Assembly (NCBI RefSeq): GCF_000143415.4
Contig: NW_003314434.1
Coordinates: forward strand, 1 to 64,000
Direction of reading: 5' to 3'
Source: Selaginella moellendorffii
Taxonomy: Eukaryota; Plantae; Lycopodiophyta
Length of the DNA stretch: 64,000 bases
Shown: positions 62,164 through 64,000 of the stretch, piece by piece
Position numbering within the stretch: position 1 is the stretch's first letter
Layout: every line of letters starts with the position of its first letter
Made by a program: the position numbers and the translations under genes
Notes under the pieces: model-generated
Seen by the model: only the letters and a program-made list of their open reading frames with translations
Database searches by the model: none
What the model was told of the DNA's origin: nothing

Positions 62164-63925
62164 TTAGATGCTACTTCCCTGCAAAAGTAACGGAGAGAGA
62201 TGGCTGAAAATGTTATAAACACTAGCGAACCATACCTCTTCACGGCTTCCAACGTTGCATAAAAGGGAAAACAGTACAGTGCCATGTCCAGCAACTTCTT
62301 CGGCTAAAACGTTGATCACTGCCACTGGTTTCTGGCTCCAAGCTTCATTTCCAGCGCAAGCTACGTACTCGTCCGTCTCGTTTTTCGGGGTCCTTCGTTG
62401 TATGAGGTGTACCAGAGGCAACGTGACCGTTCGCTTCTTCCGCGATAAGTTGAAAAAGGCGATATAGATTTGTCCATTGCCTCGCCCATGAGCGACCCAC
62501 ACTCGTTCTGCGTCATTCCCTTGAGCGTTTCTGTTGCCCGTACTGTGAGAGTTTACTTCCAAAACCGTCGGATTTGTAAGCAAGCTCAATGTTTCATTGT
62601 CCAAACGTCGTAAATCACCTCCAAACATGAGAGGAGACTTTGCCACTGCCCAGAGCGTCATCTACCAAGAAAAAATGTGAGTGATGTGCATTACAATGTA
62701 CACTTAACTGAACCTGTGTTTTCTTCTCCTCCAAAGACAGCCTAGAATTTCGATACGGACCATAAGCAGCAGCTGGAACGAGAAAACCCTGACTTCGTCA
62801 AAAGAACAAAACAAAAAACTAGTTTACCAGGATCCGTAAGACGTCCAAATGGTAGCATATCTAAGTCTACCCAAGACTTGCCTCCAACCACGCTAGGAAT
62901 GGCAATGAGTCCCGCATCTGCGAAGTCTCTGAAACAGTGCAAGTTAACAGAATACAAAGAATGCAATTCTTGGTACCTTGCTACATCAAAATGCTTCACG
63001 AGATACTTCCAGTCGTCCCAGTCGTCCCCAGTAACTCGATACATGTTTACAAGTTGCGCCACTCTTGCAGCCAACCCGGGTGTTGCTCCATCTCCCGGGG
63101 ACAAAGAATATATCATCGGACGTCCTGAGTTACGAATAGCTTTTGAAACTGTGAGTATCTCGTCGAGCTGGGGATTCTCTGCCCCGAAAACGCAGTCATG
63201 TTTGATGAAGTCTATCCCCCAAGAAGCATATTGATCGTAAAGAGATTGAATGAAAAGCTTTCCACCTTCACTGCTGGTATTGATCCCCACAAAGCATTGT
63301 TGCATCCACGGGCAGGCTTGATCCATCAAAGCAATATCTTTAGCGTTCCATGCATGTCCATTGCTCTTGAATGCGCCCAAGATCGGAGTTTTCTTCTTTA
63401 CTGCTGTCGTGCTGATTCCTCTCATGACGTGAATACCGAGCTTAAGACCCAGTGCATGAACTTTAGCGGCAATAGGTGCAAATCCTTTTCCACCGGTCGT
63501 GGAAGGCCATCGTTTTGGATCCGGAAGCGGTCGTCCCCACTTATCAATGAGATCGTAACCGGGCGACTTTGCAGAAGTTTTAAACCATCCATGTTTTAGC
63601 TTACGATACCACAGGTAATCTATTACGACGTACTGCATCATATCTGACTGTGAGCTTGACAGGCGAAAAACAAGTAGCCGTTACCTCATATCCATGCGGC
63701 TTAAGAGTTTCTGATACAATTTTCGCATTTTCCAAAAATTGTTCCTCAGAAATAGTAAAAGAAAACGAATCATAAGAATTCCAGCCGCGAGGTGGCGTTG
63801 CGGCGCTACGCGCACTGGAAAAGGACAAGCTGCTTGTCAGCTAAAGAAGTAAGAGAGTTTACGCTAATATCGCGCTCAGCAAAAGAATAAGAAGCAGAAA
63901 GCTGCAGCAACAGGGAACCTTGATT
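62164..63925 (-). CDS. Glycoside hydrolase family 27 alpha-galactosidase-like; 5' end probably outside the window
   Basis: TPPRGWNSYD, YVVIDYLW, WGIDFIKHD, YRVTGDDWD, WVDLDML, MTLWAVAKSPLMFGGD. Confidence 0.88.
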
Positions 63926-64000
63926 CTGTATAAAGCTGCAACAAGTTTAAAGCAAGCACAATTGAGAATTTCGCAAAACATTTACTCACAGCTAGCCAGG

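Overview
Eukaryotic land-plant nuclear DNA. Very short GT-AG introns (about 47-70 nt), tight gene packing and S-motif-rich PLS PPR genes point to a lycophyte such as Selaginella (inference). The first 24 nt look like pUC-type polylinker. The left part (1-36 kb) is a rearranged, tandemly amplified region. Its repeated unit is: 3' tail of the neighbouring PDR transporter, AT-rich spacer, a spliced kinase-domain-only eIF2alpha/GCN2-like kinase (minus strand), and a divergently oriented intronless SCP/CTD-type HAD phosphatase (plus strand). Two kinase copies look intact and one is decayed; one phosphatase copy is intact and three are broken. Interleaved are decayed Ty3/gypsy elements, Cassandra-like LTRs carrying 5S rRNA sequence, an AT-rich fossil FCP1-domain gene, chimeric PPR pseudogenes and an intact DMR6/FNS-I-like 2OG-dioxygenase. 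The right part (36-64 kb) is gene-dense. It holds a full PDR/ABCG transporter, an MRS2/CorA Mg2+ channel with C-terminal EF-hands, a PHD-like protein, an FCP1-domain HAD protein, an S26 peptidase-like protein, VDAC, an OPT transporter, a CYP716-like pseudogene, a MYND/MSS51-like protein, a PLS-E PPR and a GH27 alpha-galactosidase. Splice models and translations not in the ORF track were made by hand, and family calls rest on motif recognition, not database searches.
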